Position numbers and translations under genes: made by a program. Positions 1 through 9,328 of a stretch of DNA of 32,000 bases are shown here, in pieces; position 1 is the first letter of the stretch, and the number at the start of each line of letters is the position of its first letter. The notes under the pieces are model-generated. The model saw only the letters and a list, made by a program, of their open reading frames with translations. It searched no databases and was not told the origin of the DNA. The stretch comes from Pyrodictium delaneyi (lineage in GTDB: Archaea > Thermoproteota > Thermoprotei_A > Sulfolobales > Pyrodictiaceae), in NCBI RefSeq assembly GCF_001412615.1, contig NZ_CP013011.1, forward strand, positions 510,001 to 542,000, written 5' to 3'.

Positions 1-797
1 TAGTGCCGCTCCCGTGTGAAGTTAAACTCTACGCCAAGCTTCTTTGCTTTAGCCTCTCCAATCTCTAGGCCCTTTTCTAGAGCCTTCTCTAGCGTCTTGT
101 AGTCGTACGCGTCCAGCTCCAGCTTGTAGCGCGGCGCGCCAATTGTGTATAGCCTAACCTTTATGTCCTTAGAGCTAGCTAGGATAGCCTCCTTGACACT
201 TAGGAGAACCTCCTTGATTCGCTCAACACCATCACCAGCAAAGCTCCTAGCCATTATGACGCCGCCTATCTTAACTCTCTTAACTTCCACGTGGCGCCTA
301 ATCTCCTCGAGGAGCGGTTCTATCCATTCCTCAGGCACACCCGCTTCACGTAGCACACTCTCGCCGCGTATCGCTGCCTCTTCAAAGGCAGCCATAAGCT
401 CACCATAGGCTTCTTCTAGCTTCCATCCAACCTCCTCGTATGCTTGGTCTAGTGTCTTCCCCAACTTCTCAGCTACTATCTCGAGTATCTTCTCAGCCTT
501 CTGAGCCCTCTTCCACTCCATCATCTTACGACGTCGCTCATTGTCATTGACACGTTTTAGCGATACATCAACTTGTTTGCGACGCCTATTAACCCTGATA
601 ACTTTGACAACTATCTTCTGCCCAGGCTTAACTACGTCGTGAATACTGCGGACCCAGCGAGAGGCTACTTCGCTCCATGGCAGGTAAGCTTCAAGGCCAC
701 CATACTCATCCAAGTTGAGGTAAGCGCCATAATCGTATACTTCACGCACTGTTGCTACCACAAGTTCGCCAACATCTGGTAGCTCCTTTCTTCTCAT
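1..797 (-). CDS. eif2a: translation initiation factor aIF2 alpha subunit (C-terminal end runs off the window start)
   Basis: Absent from the ORF track because it has no in-window stop. My translation of the minus strand from ATG 797-795 gives MRRKELPDVGELVVATVREVYDYGAYLNLDEYGGLEAYLPWSEVASRWVRSIHDVVKPGQKIVVKVIRVN..., an S1-fold N-terminus followed by helical and alpha/beta parts, about 265 aa in the window. It follows L44e-S27e as in the conserved archaeal cluster. Confidence 0.85.
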   Translation of the reverse strand, partial: MRRKELPDVGELVVATVREVYDYGAYLNLDEYGGLEAYLPWSEVASRWVRSIHDVVKPGQKIVVKVIRVNRRRKQVDVSLKRVNDNERRRKMMEWKRAQKAEKILEIVAEKLGKTLDQAYEEVGWKLEEAYGELMAAFEEAAIRGESVLREAGVPEEWIEPLLEEIRRHVEVKRVKIGGVIMARSFAGDGVERIKEVLLSVKEAILASSKDIKVRLYTIGAPRYKLELDAYDYKTLEKALEKGLEIGEAKAKKLGVEFNFTRERH

Positions 798-1028
798 GGG
801 CACTTCTGCTCGCCTCCGCTCACCCTCTTCGCGTAGCCATGTGTATGACTCAAAGCACTTTCTCCAATTTATAGCTAAGAGACCTAAGGAATCAAAGGAG
901 ATGAGAGACATGAAACCATACAGAATATATCATAAAATTATGAACATCTAGCTTAAGAATATTACCCCCTACTCAACTTGGAGGACGTCCGAGATGCAAT
1001 AATTACTTAAAAACGTTTAAGGAGCTAT

Positions 1029-1229
1029 TTAGCCTAGCACGCGCACTACTTGGCCCGTTATCTTTGATTTTCCGCCGGTAGGCTCCACGAGCTGCGCGCC
1101 GCAGACAAGACAGCGACTTGGGAAGGTAGCGTGGCTGAACACTACTTGCTCGTTACCGCAAACAGGGCAGCGTACTAGGAGGAACCTGCTCCGGGGCTGG
1201 GGTACTAACACCTTAAGCTTCTTGACCAT
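1029..1229 (-). CDS. rps27e: 30S ribosomal protein S27e (eS27)
   Basis: 66 aa with a zinc ribbon (CPVCGNEQ...CLVCGAQL) and an overall sequence typical of S27e. Starts 4 nt after the L44e stop. Confidence 0.93.
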   Translation of the reverse strand: MVKKLKVLVPQPRSRFLLVRCPVCGNEQVVFSHATFPSRCLVCGAQLVEPTGGKSKITGQVVRVLG

Positions 1230-1233
1230 GGGG

Positions 1234-1518
1234 TTACCTCACCTCCACGAGCTCAACCTTCTTTAGCCTAATACCTCTGCGATGGAGTATGTAGCCACAT
1301 TTTTGACACTTAAGCTTCAGTACGACCTTCTTAGTTACCTTAGCAAAGCGCTTCTGCTCAGGCTTCCTCTTGCTACCGTAACCTTCCTGCTTTCTACGGT
1401 ATCTACGCTCACCCTCAGCTAGACTACGCCTCTTACCATGCTTGTAGATGGCTACCGAGTGTGGCGTATGTGTCTTACACCGCGGACAGTAGGTATTGAT
1501 GACCTTTGGAACCCTCAT
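1234..1518 (-). CDS. rpl44e: 50S ribosomal protein L44e (eL42)
   Basis: 94 aa, very basic, two CxxC pairs (CPRCKTH, CQKCGY). N-terminus [14 protein letters not shown] is typical of L44e. Confidence 0.93.
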   Translation of the reverse strand: MRVPKVINTYCPRCKTHTPHSVAIYKHGKRRSLAEGERRYRRKQEGYGSKRKPEQKRFAKVTKKVVLKLKCQKCGYILHRRGIRLKKVELVEVR

Positions 1519-1629
1519 GACGCCGCACCGCCACTCCTACCGGGGAATACCCGAAAGGGGTCTCCCCTGCTTCCTAGCTTAAATGCTCTTCACATCCCCT
1601 GGAAAATCCACTACCTAGGGGGTAAAAGC

Positions 1630-2115
1630 TCATGAATTATGATTCGTCTCTCTGAGCTCTAATCCCGTACCTATAGGTTCAGCTATGCCAGCAGCTACCA
1701 GCTTAACAGCCCTCTCCGGCTCAATACACACCACCGCACCTGGCCTTGCTATACCACCCCGTAGGCCAAGGTGACGCTTTACGATTACGGGCATACACAC
1801 GCTATTGTACACAATCTCACCTACAACTAGGCGAGAATATATCTCAGCCTCAGCTACACCTATGCCCGCTCCATACACTATGGTATCTGATATAAGCGTC
1901 TTCATCTCGTTAACTATCTCCAGGTAGTTGGCCAGTATAGCACTCCTCCTTAGAGCATTCCTATCTAGAAGTGTCTGCGATAACATCCTCTGGAACCTAG
2001 CGCCTTGGCTGAGTAACTCGTCTATACGTCCATTTTCAAGAACTTTCTTTACCGCGTCCAGGAGCAGCGCTAACCCGTATTCCTCGCTTACGGACATGAC
2101 AAGAAACACCCCCAA
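1630..2115 (-). CDS. GINS subunit Gins51 (Gins15)-like replication protein
   Basis: 161 aa with a helical N-terminal half and a C-terminal B-domain-like segment (PVIVKRHLGLRGGIARPGAVVCIEPERAVKLVAAGIAEPI). Starts 4 nt after the PriS stop. A PriS-Gins15 adjacency is reported for Sulfolobus. Family call is by context plus weak motif resemblance. Confidence 0.55.
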   Translation of the reverse strand: MGVFLVMSVSEEYGLALLLDAVKKVLENGRIDELLSQGARFQRMLSQTLLDRNALRRSAILANYLEIVNEMKTLISDTIVYGAGIGVAEAEIYSRLVVGEIVYNSVCMPVIVKRHLGLRGGIARPGAVVCIEPERAVKLVAAGIAEPIGTGLELRETNHNS

Positions 2116-2119
2116 CCTT

Positions 2120-3277
2120 CTAGGCTACTACGGCTACACCCTTTGATAGGAGATACACCGCTACAGGTGCTGGCAGTCTGGGCTTATCGCCTCTACGTAA
2201 TCGTATACGGTTACCTAGCACAGTTATATTAGATGGTACGTCAGCAATAACTTCTATGCGTATAGGGTCTAGATCCGTAAAGGGAGATAGGCGTTCAGAT
2301 ATAGAGAACTCATAGAGAGAAGTGTATTCGACAGGAACTACTAAGAGCCCTGTCTTCCCGTTAATACTCCACGGCGCCCTTATCAAGCGCCTTGTATCGA
2401 CAGTCACTTGTTCGTCTATTTCAACCCCCAACAGTTCACGTGCCCTAACTTCCAGTTCAGCAAATTGCTTCTGATATACTGCATAGTCTATTGGCTCGCG
2501 ACCAGCTAGAAGCCGTGCCAGGTCACGGCGTCCACTAGCTTCAGCAAGTCTATACATTATGCGAGCTAGTCTACCTCGTGCACCGGCGAGTATTATGCTG
2601 GGGGGTACTGGAGACGGTCTCCCCTTTCGAAGGTTGAGGCCCCTCCAGGGTTCTAGTATCTCGTCTAGCAAGCCAACGGCCTTGATGTAGTTTACTAGTT
2701 CGCGTCTCACATCCGGGCCCGCTCTAGCCAGTTCATCCGTATCCTGCAGATATACTGTTACATGGAATCCACGGTTACCTGAGAATTCGACAACAATCTT
2801 TTTTTCATCTATACCTATCTCCTCAACAAGTATGTCTCTCAAAATTATGCTCCTTAAAGCTGCATATCTTATACACTTCTCATCAATAAAAGATGCTTTC
2901 TCTCCTAGCGGCGTCTCAACCTCTACAACCATATTTGAACACTCCGGGAGATGGTCTGCATCGATATCGAATACTATGTCGGCTGATCGCCAACCCTTTG
3001 CATCCATATCGTCTATTCCTGGCTGATCATAACGAGCTGAAGAGTAGTAGAAGTGCCGAGGAGCCTTTTCTACAAGGAATTTATGGATAGCCGTGGTACT
3101 CTGGAAAGAGAGGTGGCGGATATAGCTCCTTCCCGTCCACGTTTGTGCAGCAAACTCGCGTAGTCTAAAGTCTGGAGGTACACTGGGTTGCCTCTTCCTA
3201 TAGTAATCACGGGTTATATTCTCGAGATACCTTCTAGTCTTCATTATACGTGCTTGTAGGTTTTGCTGGGATGGCAT
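2120..3277 (-). CDS. priS: DNA primase small (catalytic) subunit PriS
   Basis: 385 aa with archaeo-eukaryotic primase catalytic motifs DIVFDIDADH and FSGNRGFHV. Starts 3 nt after the PCNA stop. Confidence 0.92.
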   Translation of the reverse strand: MPSQQNLQARIMKTRRYLENITRDYYRKRQPSVPPDFRLREFAAQTWTGRSYIRHLSFQSTTAIHKFLVEKAPRHFYYSSARYDQPGIDDMDAKGWRSADIVFDIDADHLPECSNMVVEVETPLGEKASFIDEKCIRYAALRSIILRDILVEEIGIDEKKIVVEFSGNRGFHVTVYLQDTDELARAGPDVRRELVNYIKAVGLLDEILEPWRGLNLRKGRPSPVPPSIILAGARGRLARIMYRLAEASGRRDLARLLAGREPIDYAVYQKQFAELEVRARELLGVEIDEQVTVDTRRLIRAPWSINGKTGLLVVPVEYTSLYEFSISERLSPFTDLDPIRIEVIADVPSNITVLGNRIRLRRGDKPRLPAPVAVYLLSKGVAVVA

Positions 3278-3280
3278 CGG

Positions 3281-4033
3281 TTACTCTACCCTCGGGGCTA
3301 TGAGGAAACTAAACTTGGCTCCTTGAGGTAGCTCGTGCTCTACTAGTGCTGGCATATCTGTGCTGAACTGTATCGTTATTGTATCTGCTACGCGAGACGC
3401 CCCCGAGAGGTCACTAAAGTACTCCAGAGTATAGCTAGCCTGTTGCATATCCTCGACCACAAGGTCTATGAGGCTGCCGCTCTCACGTGTATAGATTATC
3501 TCTGCCTCACCTAGTTCACTCGAAGAGGCCACCTTAAATTCATCGCTACTCGCCACAAACCTTATCACGTCACCGATAAGTTCCACATCCTTTATCGTAT
3601 CGCGGTAGACATCACTCATAACCTTAATGTTAGCCTTAAACTCTAATTGGGGCTCTGGAAGCTGCTCTGCCGTGATATCGAGTAACGGAAGCGTAAACTT
3701 CCGGTAGCTCTTCCCTATGAACGCGAACGATATGGAATCCTCGTCAGCGGTTATCTCAAGGCGATCCTCCTTACTTGCACGTCGCAATATCTTGGCAACA
3801 TCCTCGAGGTTCACGCCAAGCTCAGTGCGCTGTTCTACATCAAACTCCTCGAATGAATCTCGCGGAAACCTCATATCTAACATTATGACGTGAGAGGGGT
3901 CCATAGCTCTAAACATTAACCCCTCCTCGGGGTCTACAACGAACACACCCTCCTCTATGACCTTAGATATTGCTGAGACAAGATACCTCCATACACGGGC
4001 ATCAAAGAACACTATTTTCAACTTAGCCACCAC
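3281..4033 (-). CDS. pcn: DNA polymerase sliding clamp PCNA
   Basis: 250 aa of typical PCNA length and sequence (KIVFFDARVW...AMDPSHVIMLDMRFP). The longest ORF starts at GTG 4033. TTG at 4021 preceded by GAGGTG would give MKIVFFDA, a more typical PCNA N-terminus. Confidence 0.9.
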   Translation of the reverse strand: MVAKLKIVFFDARVWRYLVSAISKVIEEGVFVVDPEEGLMFRAMDPSHVIMLDMRFPRDSFEEFDVEQRTELGVNLEDVAKILRRASKEDRLEITADEDSISFAFIGKSYRKFTLPLLDITAEQLPEPQLEFKANIKVMSDVYRDTIKDVELIGDVIRFVASSDEFKVASSSELGEAEIIYTRESGSLIDLVVEDMQQASYTLEYFSDLSGASRVADTITIQFSTDMPALVEHELPQGAKFSFLIAPRVE

Positions 4034-4090
4034 CTCTTAGTTCTTGATGGCCGGCCGTTCCCTTCTTACCGCTACGCCCGAGCATAGATA

Positions 4091-4345
4091 CTATACGCTA
4101 TTGTGAGGGGTAAAATTGGGGTCTGACCCCTCCAGAGATTCTTGCCTCTTACAATCCTCTAGAAGAGATTTGGCAGCAGATAGCCCAGACTGAGCAAGCC
4201 GCAGCGCTCTCTCAACATAGGGTTTTGACGTAATAAAGTTCGGAGTACGACTATATGCTTCGAACAAATCTTCGTATAGCTTGCTGAACAATCGAACAAA
4301 GTACTCCACGTAGTCCTTACCCAGCACGCATACATCGCTAGTCAT
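4091..4345 (-). CDS. small hypothetical helical protein (about 84 aa if started at ATG 4345)
   Basis: The ORF-track version 4091..4450 overlaps TFS by 113 nt. An internal ATG at 4345-4343 overlaps the TFS stop (4338-4340) by only 8 nt and gives MTSDVCVLGKDYVEYFVRLFSKLYEDLFEAY.... No family recognised. Confidence 0.4.
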   Translation of the reverse strand: MTSDVCVLGKDYVEYFVRLFSKLYEDLFEAYSRTPNFITSKPYVERALRLAQSGLSAAKSLLEDCKRQESLEGSDPNFTPHNSV

Positions 4346-4688
4346 ACTCTCTCCATACATGCCCACACTGCGCACACTTGAAGAATCTTGTTGGCGGTTC
4401 ATCAGCTCGTCGAGTCTGGACGACCCAGTAGTAAGCCTCGTGATAGCCACACTTAGGACATATAGCTCGGGTCTTGGGTAGAGCTTCTAGCTTCTTCTGA
4501 TCGTTTACTACTATTATCCGCTCCTTTTCACTATGCCTTATCTGCTGTTTAAGTATTGTAAATCCTTGAGTGCCACCTTCTGCTACCTCTCGGTATCCAC
4601 AGCTTGGACATACCCATGACATCTTACCATCAACGTTACGCATCATCATTAAGCTGCCACAGCTAGGACAGAACTTCATCTCTATCAC
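4338..4688 (-). CDS. tfs: transcription factor S (TFS; RpoM/TFIIS-like cleavage factor)
   Basis: 116 aa. N-terminal zinc ribbon CPSCGS...CPSCGY and C-terminal TFIIS-type ribbon CPKCGYHEAYYWVVQTRRADEPPTRFFKCAQCGHVWREYD, including the acidic hairpin RRADEP. Confidence 0.93.
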   Translation of the reverse strand: MIEMKFCPSCGSLMMMRNVDGKMSWVCPSCGYREVAEGGTQGFTILKQQIRHSEKERIIVVNDQKKLEALPKTRAICPKCGYHEAYYWVVQTRRADEPPTRFFKCAQCGHVWREYD

Positions 4689-4791
4689 CCTCTGTAGCCC
4701 TACGCTATTGAAGCACCATTGCCCTACTGGCTTGAGCCAGCTTGCACGGATAAACTATGTTCCACTCTTACAACTTTTTCTACACTATCAA

Positions 4792-5133
4792 CTATTCATA
4801 TTCAACGTTATCATTGTCCTCAAACCTTTCATGCAGAACTATCTCATGGCATAGATTTTCTAAGAGACTATATATACAAGAGGTACAGTCTGATAGATAC
4901 TCCTCCGGAGAAATAACCCCCACATACATTTCCTCGGCGACTTTGCTTGGCCAAGCCGCACGCAGTTCTTTGAACAAACTACTGCGTTTTATGTGCTGTA
5001 CTAATGTATTGAGGGATTTGTCTACAAAGATTGCTTCTATTCTGGACGGCCCCCTAAATATAGCTGCTACCCAGAAACCGCTATCACACATATAGACGTA
5101 CAGAAAACGCGCCTCATGCTTTACATTCACCAT
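4792..5133 (-). CDS. hypothetical protein
   Basis: 113 aa, ATG at 5133-5131, overlaps the RpoL 3' end by 20 nt. Composition is protein-like, unlike the Ser-rich antisense ORF 4757..5095. No family recognised. Confidence 0.5.
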   Translation of the reverse strand: MVNVKHEARFLYVYMCDSGFWVAAIFRGPSRIEAIFVDKSLNTLVQHIKRSSLFKELRAAWPSKVAEEMYVGVISPEEYLSDCTSCIYSLLENLCHEIVLHERFEDNDNVEYE

Positions 5134-5419
5134 TACTCTTTAGAGCCTCCTCGAACATCTGTTGGAACTCATTAGCATCCTTTATTATATCGTGAAGTAC
5201 CTCCTCGATAACGTCCAGCGGATCCTTACTACCATCTGTTGATAGTACTATCACAGGATTGCTTATCAAGGGATGCGATATTATGTACGAGGAGTAGACT
5301 ACGCCTGACTTCTTTATCGCGTACTTTGCTATCAAGTTTGCTATTGTGTGATCCTCTCCTATAAGCTCTATTTCTATTGTATTACCTTCACGTTTTAGCA
5401 GTTTTACCTTACCAGTCAC
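5114..5419 (-). CDS. rpoL: DNA-directed RNA polymerase subunit L (Rpo11)
   Basis: 101 aa with the motif IELIGEDHTIANLIAKYA typical of RpoL/Rpb11. GTG start at 5419. Confidence 0.9.
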   Translation of the reverse strand: MTGKVKLLKREGNTIEIELIGEDHTIANLIAKYAIKKSGVVYSSYIISHPLISNPVIVLSTDGSKDPLDVIEEVLHDIIKDANEFQQMFEEALKSNGECKA

Positions 5420-5442
5420 GTAGACTCTACCCCCGGGAAGGG

Positions 5443-6075
5443 TTAGCCTGGAGTCTGAGCCCCCTTAAGCATGACTGCTATCTTACGAAGCCCTCTTCTC
5501 CATTCCTCGCGTAGGATAATCCCGTCCTCAGTCTCCTCTAGGACCCGGCTCCGCAGACCGTATTCTATTACGTGCTCAACATCAACATCCAGTCCTGCTG
5601 CTATAGCTGCTATCATACGTTTAGCTGCTGAGCCTCTCACACGGTATTTAAGTTGGTCTATAGCATCTGCTATCTTTCTCGCAGTCGTTATCACTTCTTC
5701 TGGAGGTGCCGTTGTATATAGCAACGATTTATCATCACTTAGCCTAGCCTCATAGCCGCGTAGTTCTAGAGCATAGACAAGAGCTTCTGGTGGAAATGTT
5801 CTCCCGGCCTCTTTTACTATGGCTTCTATTGATGCTTCCCTTCTCGTCCTTAGCCGGTAAAGCTCCCAGAGATCAGCTAGTGCTTGGCGTACGCGGTACC
5901 AGCTATCCTTTATCTCGAACTCTGTACCAACGATCTCTATATACACTCTACCCCCACGTATGCTTATCTCAGCATAACCGCTGCGGATAGCACTACTAAT
6001 CTTTTCGTAGACCTTGTCGATGGGTATTCCTGGTGGTAGGTTTGCAACATAGAGCTTTCTCTTAATCACGCCCAA
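5443..6075 (-). CDS. conserved-looking archaeal protein of unknown function
   Basis: 210 aa between Csl4 and RpoL on the same strand, globular composition. I cannot assign a family with confidence; it may be one of the archaea-only DUFs that accompany RpoL/Csl4. Confidence 0.7.
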   Translation of the reverse strand: MGVIKRKLYVANLPPGIPIDKVYEKISSAIRSGYAEISIRGGRVYIEIVGTEFEIKDSWYRVRQALADLWELYRLRTRREASIEAIVKEAGRTFPPEALVYALELRGYEARLSDDKSLLYTTAPPEEVITTARKIADAIDQLKYRVRGSAAKRMIAAIAAGLDVDVEHVIEYGLRSRVLEETEDGIILREEWRRGLRKIAVMLKGAQTPG

Positions 6076-6157
6076 AACACTGTACTCCCCCGCAGCCTCA
6101 TTGTATAAGTCGTGTAGAACGACTCACTACTTACGAATGTATTGCGAGTATGATGTT

Positions 6158-6760
6158 CTATCTTCTTCTACGCCGTGTTGAGAGTATATAGAGCGGTGAT
6201 ACGCGTCGCTGCTCCTCGTTTCCACAGCGTAGACAAGCTAGACGTGGACTACCTGGTATACGGTATAGAGGTGAACCACACACAGAACAGTAAGCAAGTA
6301 CCACACCATCCTGCGATCTCTTAATTGAAAGCATGTATGGGATAGCCGATGACAATACAGTGGCACGGATGAAGTCACCAGGCTTCACGAAGTCATACAT
6401 ACTCTTGCCTCCAGGTGTATCAGCCACCTGGAGTATATGTAGCACACCGCTAAACGTCCCGTTATAGGGCACCATACGCTCGTCAGCAAATATCTTGACG
6501 AGAGCTAGCTCGTCGCGCGGCACTGCATAAACAGCACCATATACTATACTATTCCTCTTAGGAAGCCTAGGCTTCAGTGATACAGGCTTCACGCTTATCC
6601 TACGGGTCACGAGGTCTACCTCTACCTGACCAAACCTCGCTGCACGTATATAGCCGTCGTCAACATAGACTCCCTCGCCAGGTATGAATTCCTCTACTGT
6701 ACACAATGGCTCGCCAGGGAAGACTCTACGCCCTGCCAGCTCCTCGACACTTCTTAGCAT
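6158..6760 (-). CDS. csl4: exosome complex RNA-binding subunit Csl4
   Basis: 200 aa. N-terminal VFPGEPLCTVEEFIPGEG, a central S1-like region, and a C-terminal zinc ribbon CSVCGSPLY...CLRCGNEE. ATG at 6760 overlaps the upstream methyltransferase gene by 35 nt. Confidence 0.88.
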   Translation of the reverse strand: MLRSVEELAGRRVFPGEPLCTVEEFIPGEGVYVDDGYIRAARFGQVEVDLVTRRISVKPVSLKPRLPKRNSIVYGAVYAVPRDELALVKIFADERMVPYNGTFSGVLHILQVADTPGGKSMYDFVKPGDFIRATVLSSAIPYMLSIKRSQDGVVLAYCSVCGSPLYRIPGSPRLACLRCGNEEQRRVSPLYILSTRRRRR

Positions 6761-7403
6761 CGCCTCTCTGCCTCCCCCTCTCCTCGCCTCTCCAAGCCCT
6801 TAGGAGCAACACGGGTATGTAATGTATTCTCTTAACGTGATCACGATACATAGCCGGAAGAGGGAACCTATACACCTTCATGAACTCCACTATATACTCG
6901 GCTTCGGAGAAGAGCCTCTTAAGGTATCTCTCCACCCCCACGCTAGCATAATGTAGGCTACATATAACTCTGGCCCCAATACCCATAGCAGCTTTCATGA
7001 AGACTCTATCTGCTCCACGCCTAGATACACCGAATGGAGGATTCTGAACCACGCATACATTCCCTAGAGGGCGTAGAGGCAAGTAGGCTACGTCAGCTAC
7101 AACAAAGTCTACAATACTGGCCTCGTAGAGATCTGAACTCCGCGCTAGCACTGCTAGAGCCTCATCAACATCGAAGCCGACAACATAGCTGCCACTAACT
7201 AGGCTCACAGCATAGCTCAGCATGCCAGTACCTGAGCCGAGATCCACTACTACTTTACATGCTACTCCAGCTATACACATAGCAATGTCAACTGCTATCT
7301 CTGGGGGCGTACGGTACTGTTCAAGCTCACGCTTAGGACTCTCCAGCCGCGGAACTAGCCGCTCCAATACCATCCTTAGTCTTGATATACGTGCAAGCCT
7401 CAC
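6726..7403 (-). CDS. METTL5-like (COG2263) SAM-dependent N6-adenine RNA methyltransferase
   Basis: 225 aa with LEQYRTPPEIA, motif I VDLGSGTGML and motif IV VVQNPPFG. Sits in the known Dph2-methylase-Csl4-RpoL neighbourhood. Confidence 0.8.
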   Translation of the reverse strand: MRLARISRLRMVLERLVPRLESPKRELEQYRTPPEIAVDIAMCIAGVACKVVVDLGSGTGMLSYAVSLVSGSYVVGFDVDEALAVLARSSDLYEASIVDFVVADVAYLPLRPLGNVCVVQNPPFGVSRRGADRVFMKAAMGIGARVICSLHYASVGVERYLKRLFSEAEYIVEFMKVYRFPLPAMYRDHVKRIHYIPVLLLRAWRGEERGRQRGDAKKCRGAGRA

Positions 7404-7418
7404 GCTGCTTCCAGCCCC

Positions 7419-8489
7419 TCACCATGGAAAGGTATAGTTCGAGCCCGTTATGTCTCCACTTAACACTATGCGTGCCTCCGCTGGCGTGAGCACCGGCTTC
7501 CAGTAGTCAGATAGATCCTCTATAGCCAACCGCGGACACGAAACCATTACAAATACATCATAGTCGTCCGGGGAAAGATTGTCCAAGTACTCTCTTGTAA
7601 CATATCGCGCCAGTATGAACCTATATCTGCCTCCACGTTTCTTTACAAGGCGTGCAATATGCTCTGCAATCCAGGGCCTGTATTGGCCCGGAAGAAGTCC
7701 TAATACTATACCGAACCTAGACGCCTCTACAGCCTGCCTCATGACCCAATAGCGTTTAGCAAGGGTCCTAGCTACCAGACTTGATATGTCCTCGATACTG
7801 CTTGTATATGGATCTACACGGAGCACCGGTTTAGCACCAGCTAGGGCCAGTCCAAGACCTAATGCATGGAAGTAACCACCGGCAACAACTATGTAAGCGT
7901 CAACACTCTCGCGAAGCTTTACATGTTTGTAGTAATAACAACCAAGCAGACTATCCACAAGCACCACATCTATACCTTTATCAGCTAATATCACTGCAAT
8001 CTTCTCTGCCAAACGTTTATGCTGTATCGAATAGCCTATAGCTGTACTGCTCCAACCATTTTCAGAGAAGGTTTCAACAACTTTATGGGCTAACAGCTCC
8101 GCGTCTCCACCCAGGTATTCAGCCTCAACAAGGTATACATTACGAGGTAGCTTACGCGAGCAAGCCCCTCCAGCACAGAGTGGGTAAGCATACTCTCCAT
8201 GACCTATATGCACGAGTATCGAATTCCCATTGACCAATTCTACTGCGTCTAGGGACAAGCTGCATGAGCCAAAGGAGGGCTCAAGCCTTATGTATACATC
8301 AACATCTTGTTTATCAAGACATTCATCGGTAAGGAAACTGGCAAGCCGTTCCAACAGCCTAACCATTCCCTGCGGTGCCTCTAGCACTATAGCAGCTGGT
8401 CTCGCTTTCTTGACAGCCTCAGCAACTCTACTGAAGTCGAAAAGATAGTCATCTAATACAATACAACACCCTCCACAATTTAGCTCCAA
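7419..8489 (-). CDS. dph2: diphthamide biosynthesis enzyme Dph2 (2-(3-amino-3-carboxypropyl)histidine synthase)
   Basis: 356 aa. The N-terminus (YLFDFSRVAEAVKKARPAAIVLEAPQGM) and overall pattern are typical of archaeal Dph2. TTG start at 8489. Confidence 0.82.
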   Translation of the reverse strand: MELNCGGCCIVLDDYLFDFSRVAEAVKKARPAAIVLEAPQGMVRLLERLASFLTDECLDKQDVDVYIRLEPSFGSCSLSLDAVELVNGNSILVHIGHGEYAYPLCAGGACSRKLPRNVYLVEAEYLGGDAELLAHKVVETFSENGWSSTAIGYSIQHKRLAEKIAVILADKGIDVVLVDSLLGCYYYKHVKLRESVDAYIVVAGGYFHALGLGLALAGAKPVLRVDPYTSSIEDISSLVARTLAKRYWVMRQAVEASRFGIVLGLLPGQYRPWIAEHIARLVKKRGGRYRFILARYVTREYLDNLSPDDYDVFVMVSCPRLAIEDLSDYWKPVLTPAEARIVLSGDITGSNYTFPW

Positions 8490-8725
8490 TACGCTGTTAC
8501 ACCTCTATTTCCCACACACTCCAAGCCTTATCGTAACCTAGTCTCAACCGCTAGAGTATAGAAGGACGTAACACACCATGCTATTAGTGTACGCAGAATA
8601 ATCTACTTCGGTTCCACACCATTCCTACTTAGAATTGAGTACCAAGCATCACAATAGTATTATCGAAGCAACACAGTAATTGGGCAAGGTATTAAGTAAT
8701 GGAAATGCTGGTAAGAAATTCTACA

Positions 8726-9250
8726 TCACTTCTTTATCGGTATGACACGTATACGTGTCGGTAACGGCAGCTTAGCTGCTCCGCGGCGCAGTCCCTCCTT
8801 AGCATGGTCTAGATGCTCCTTGCGGACTCGTACCTCTAGCACTGCCTGGCCTGGATAGACGCGAGCCGCTGTGCCTACAGGCTTGCCGAAGGCCTGCCTC
8901 ATACCCTCCTGTAGACGGTCTGCACCCGCGAAGGCCATCATCTTGTTCTCGCGCAATACATGGTGCGGATAGACCCTTACTCTGAATAGGTAGTTCTGGT
9001 CGCCTATCGTTGTCGAGAGATACTTGTGCACCATTACACGGGCCGCTTCAAGCGCATTATGACGTATCTGGCCACGCTCCTCCACGTAGACCTCTAATAT
9101 GTAGTCATAGTCGCCATGAGGGTTGCCCATTGTGAACTTCTGTATCTTCGGCGGCGGTACACCATGGATATACTCCTTCCTCGTGTACGCTGGGCCCGAG
9201 AACGCCTTGGAGCGCCGCTTAGTGTAGCACCTCGCGGGTTTCTGCGGCAT
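8726..9250 (-). CDS. rpl10e: 50S ribosomal protein L10e (uL16)
   Basis: 174 aa. [43 protein letters not shown] is typical of L10e. Confidence 0.93.
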   Translation of the reverse strand: MPQKPARCYTKRRSKAFSGPAYTRKEYIHGVPPPKIQKFTMGNPHGDYDYILEVYVEERGQIRHNALEAARVMVHKYLSTTIGDQNYLFRVRVYPHHVLRENKMMAFAGADRLQEGMRQAFGKPVGTAARVYPGQAVLEVRVRKEHLDHAKEGLRRGAAKLPLPTRIRVIPIKK

Positions 9251-9328
9251 ACCCTAAGGCACCGGGTTAGACCCGACTTATGCCGCCTGGTTATGAAGGC
9301 TTCTCTCTAAGGGTCAGCGTGGAGAGTG

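Noticed and set aside
145-782. Plus-strand ORFs 145..408 and 573..782
   Set aside because: They are antisense to the clear aIF2alpha coding frame, which I translated by hand across 1-797.
8490-8725. 236-nt AT-rich intergenic region between L10e and Dph2, examined for a small RNA or tRNA
   Set aside because: There is no GC-rich island, no stable hairpin and no C/D or H/ACA box arrangement. It is most simply a terminator and promoter spacer.
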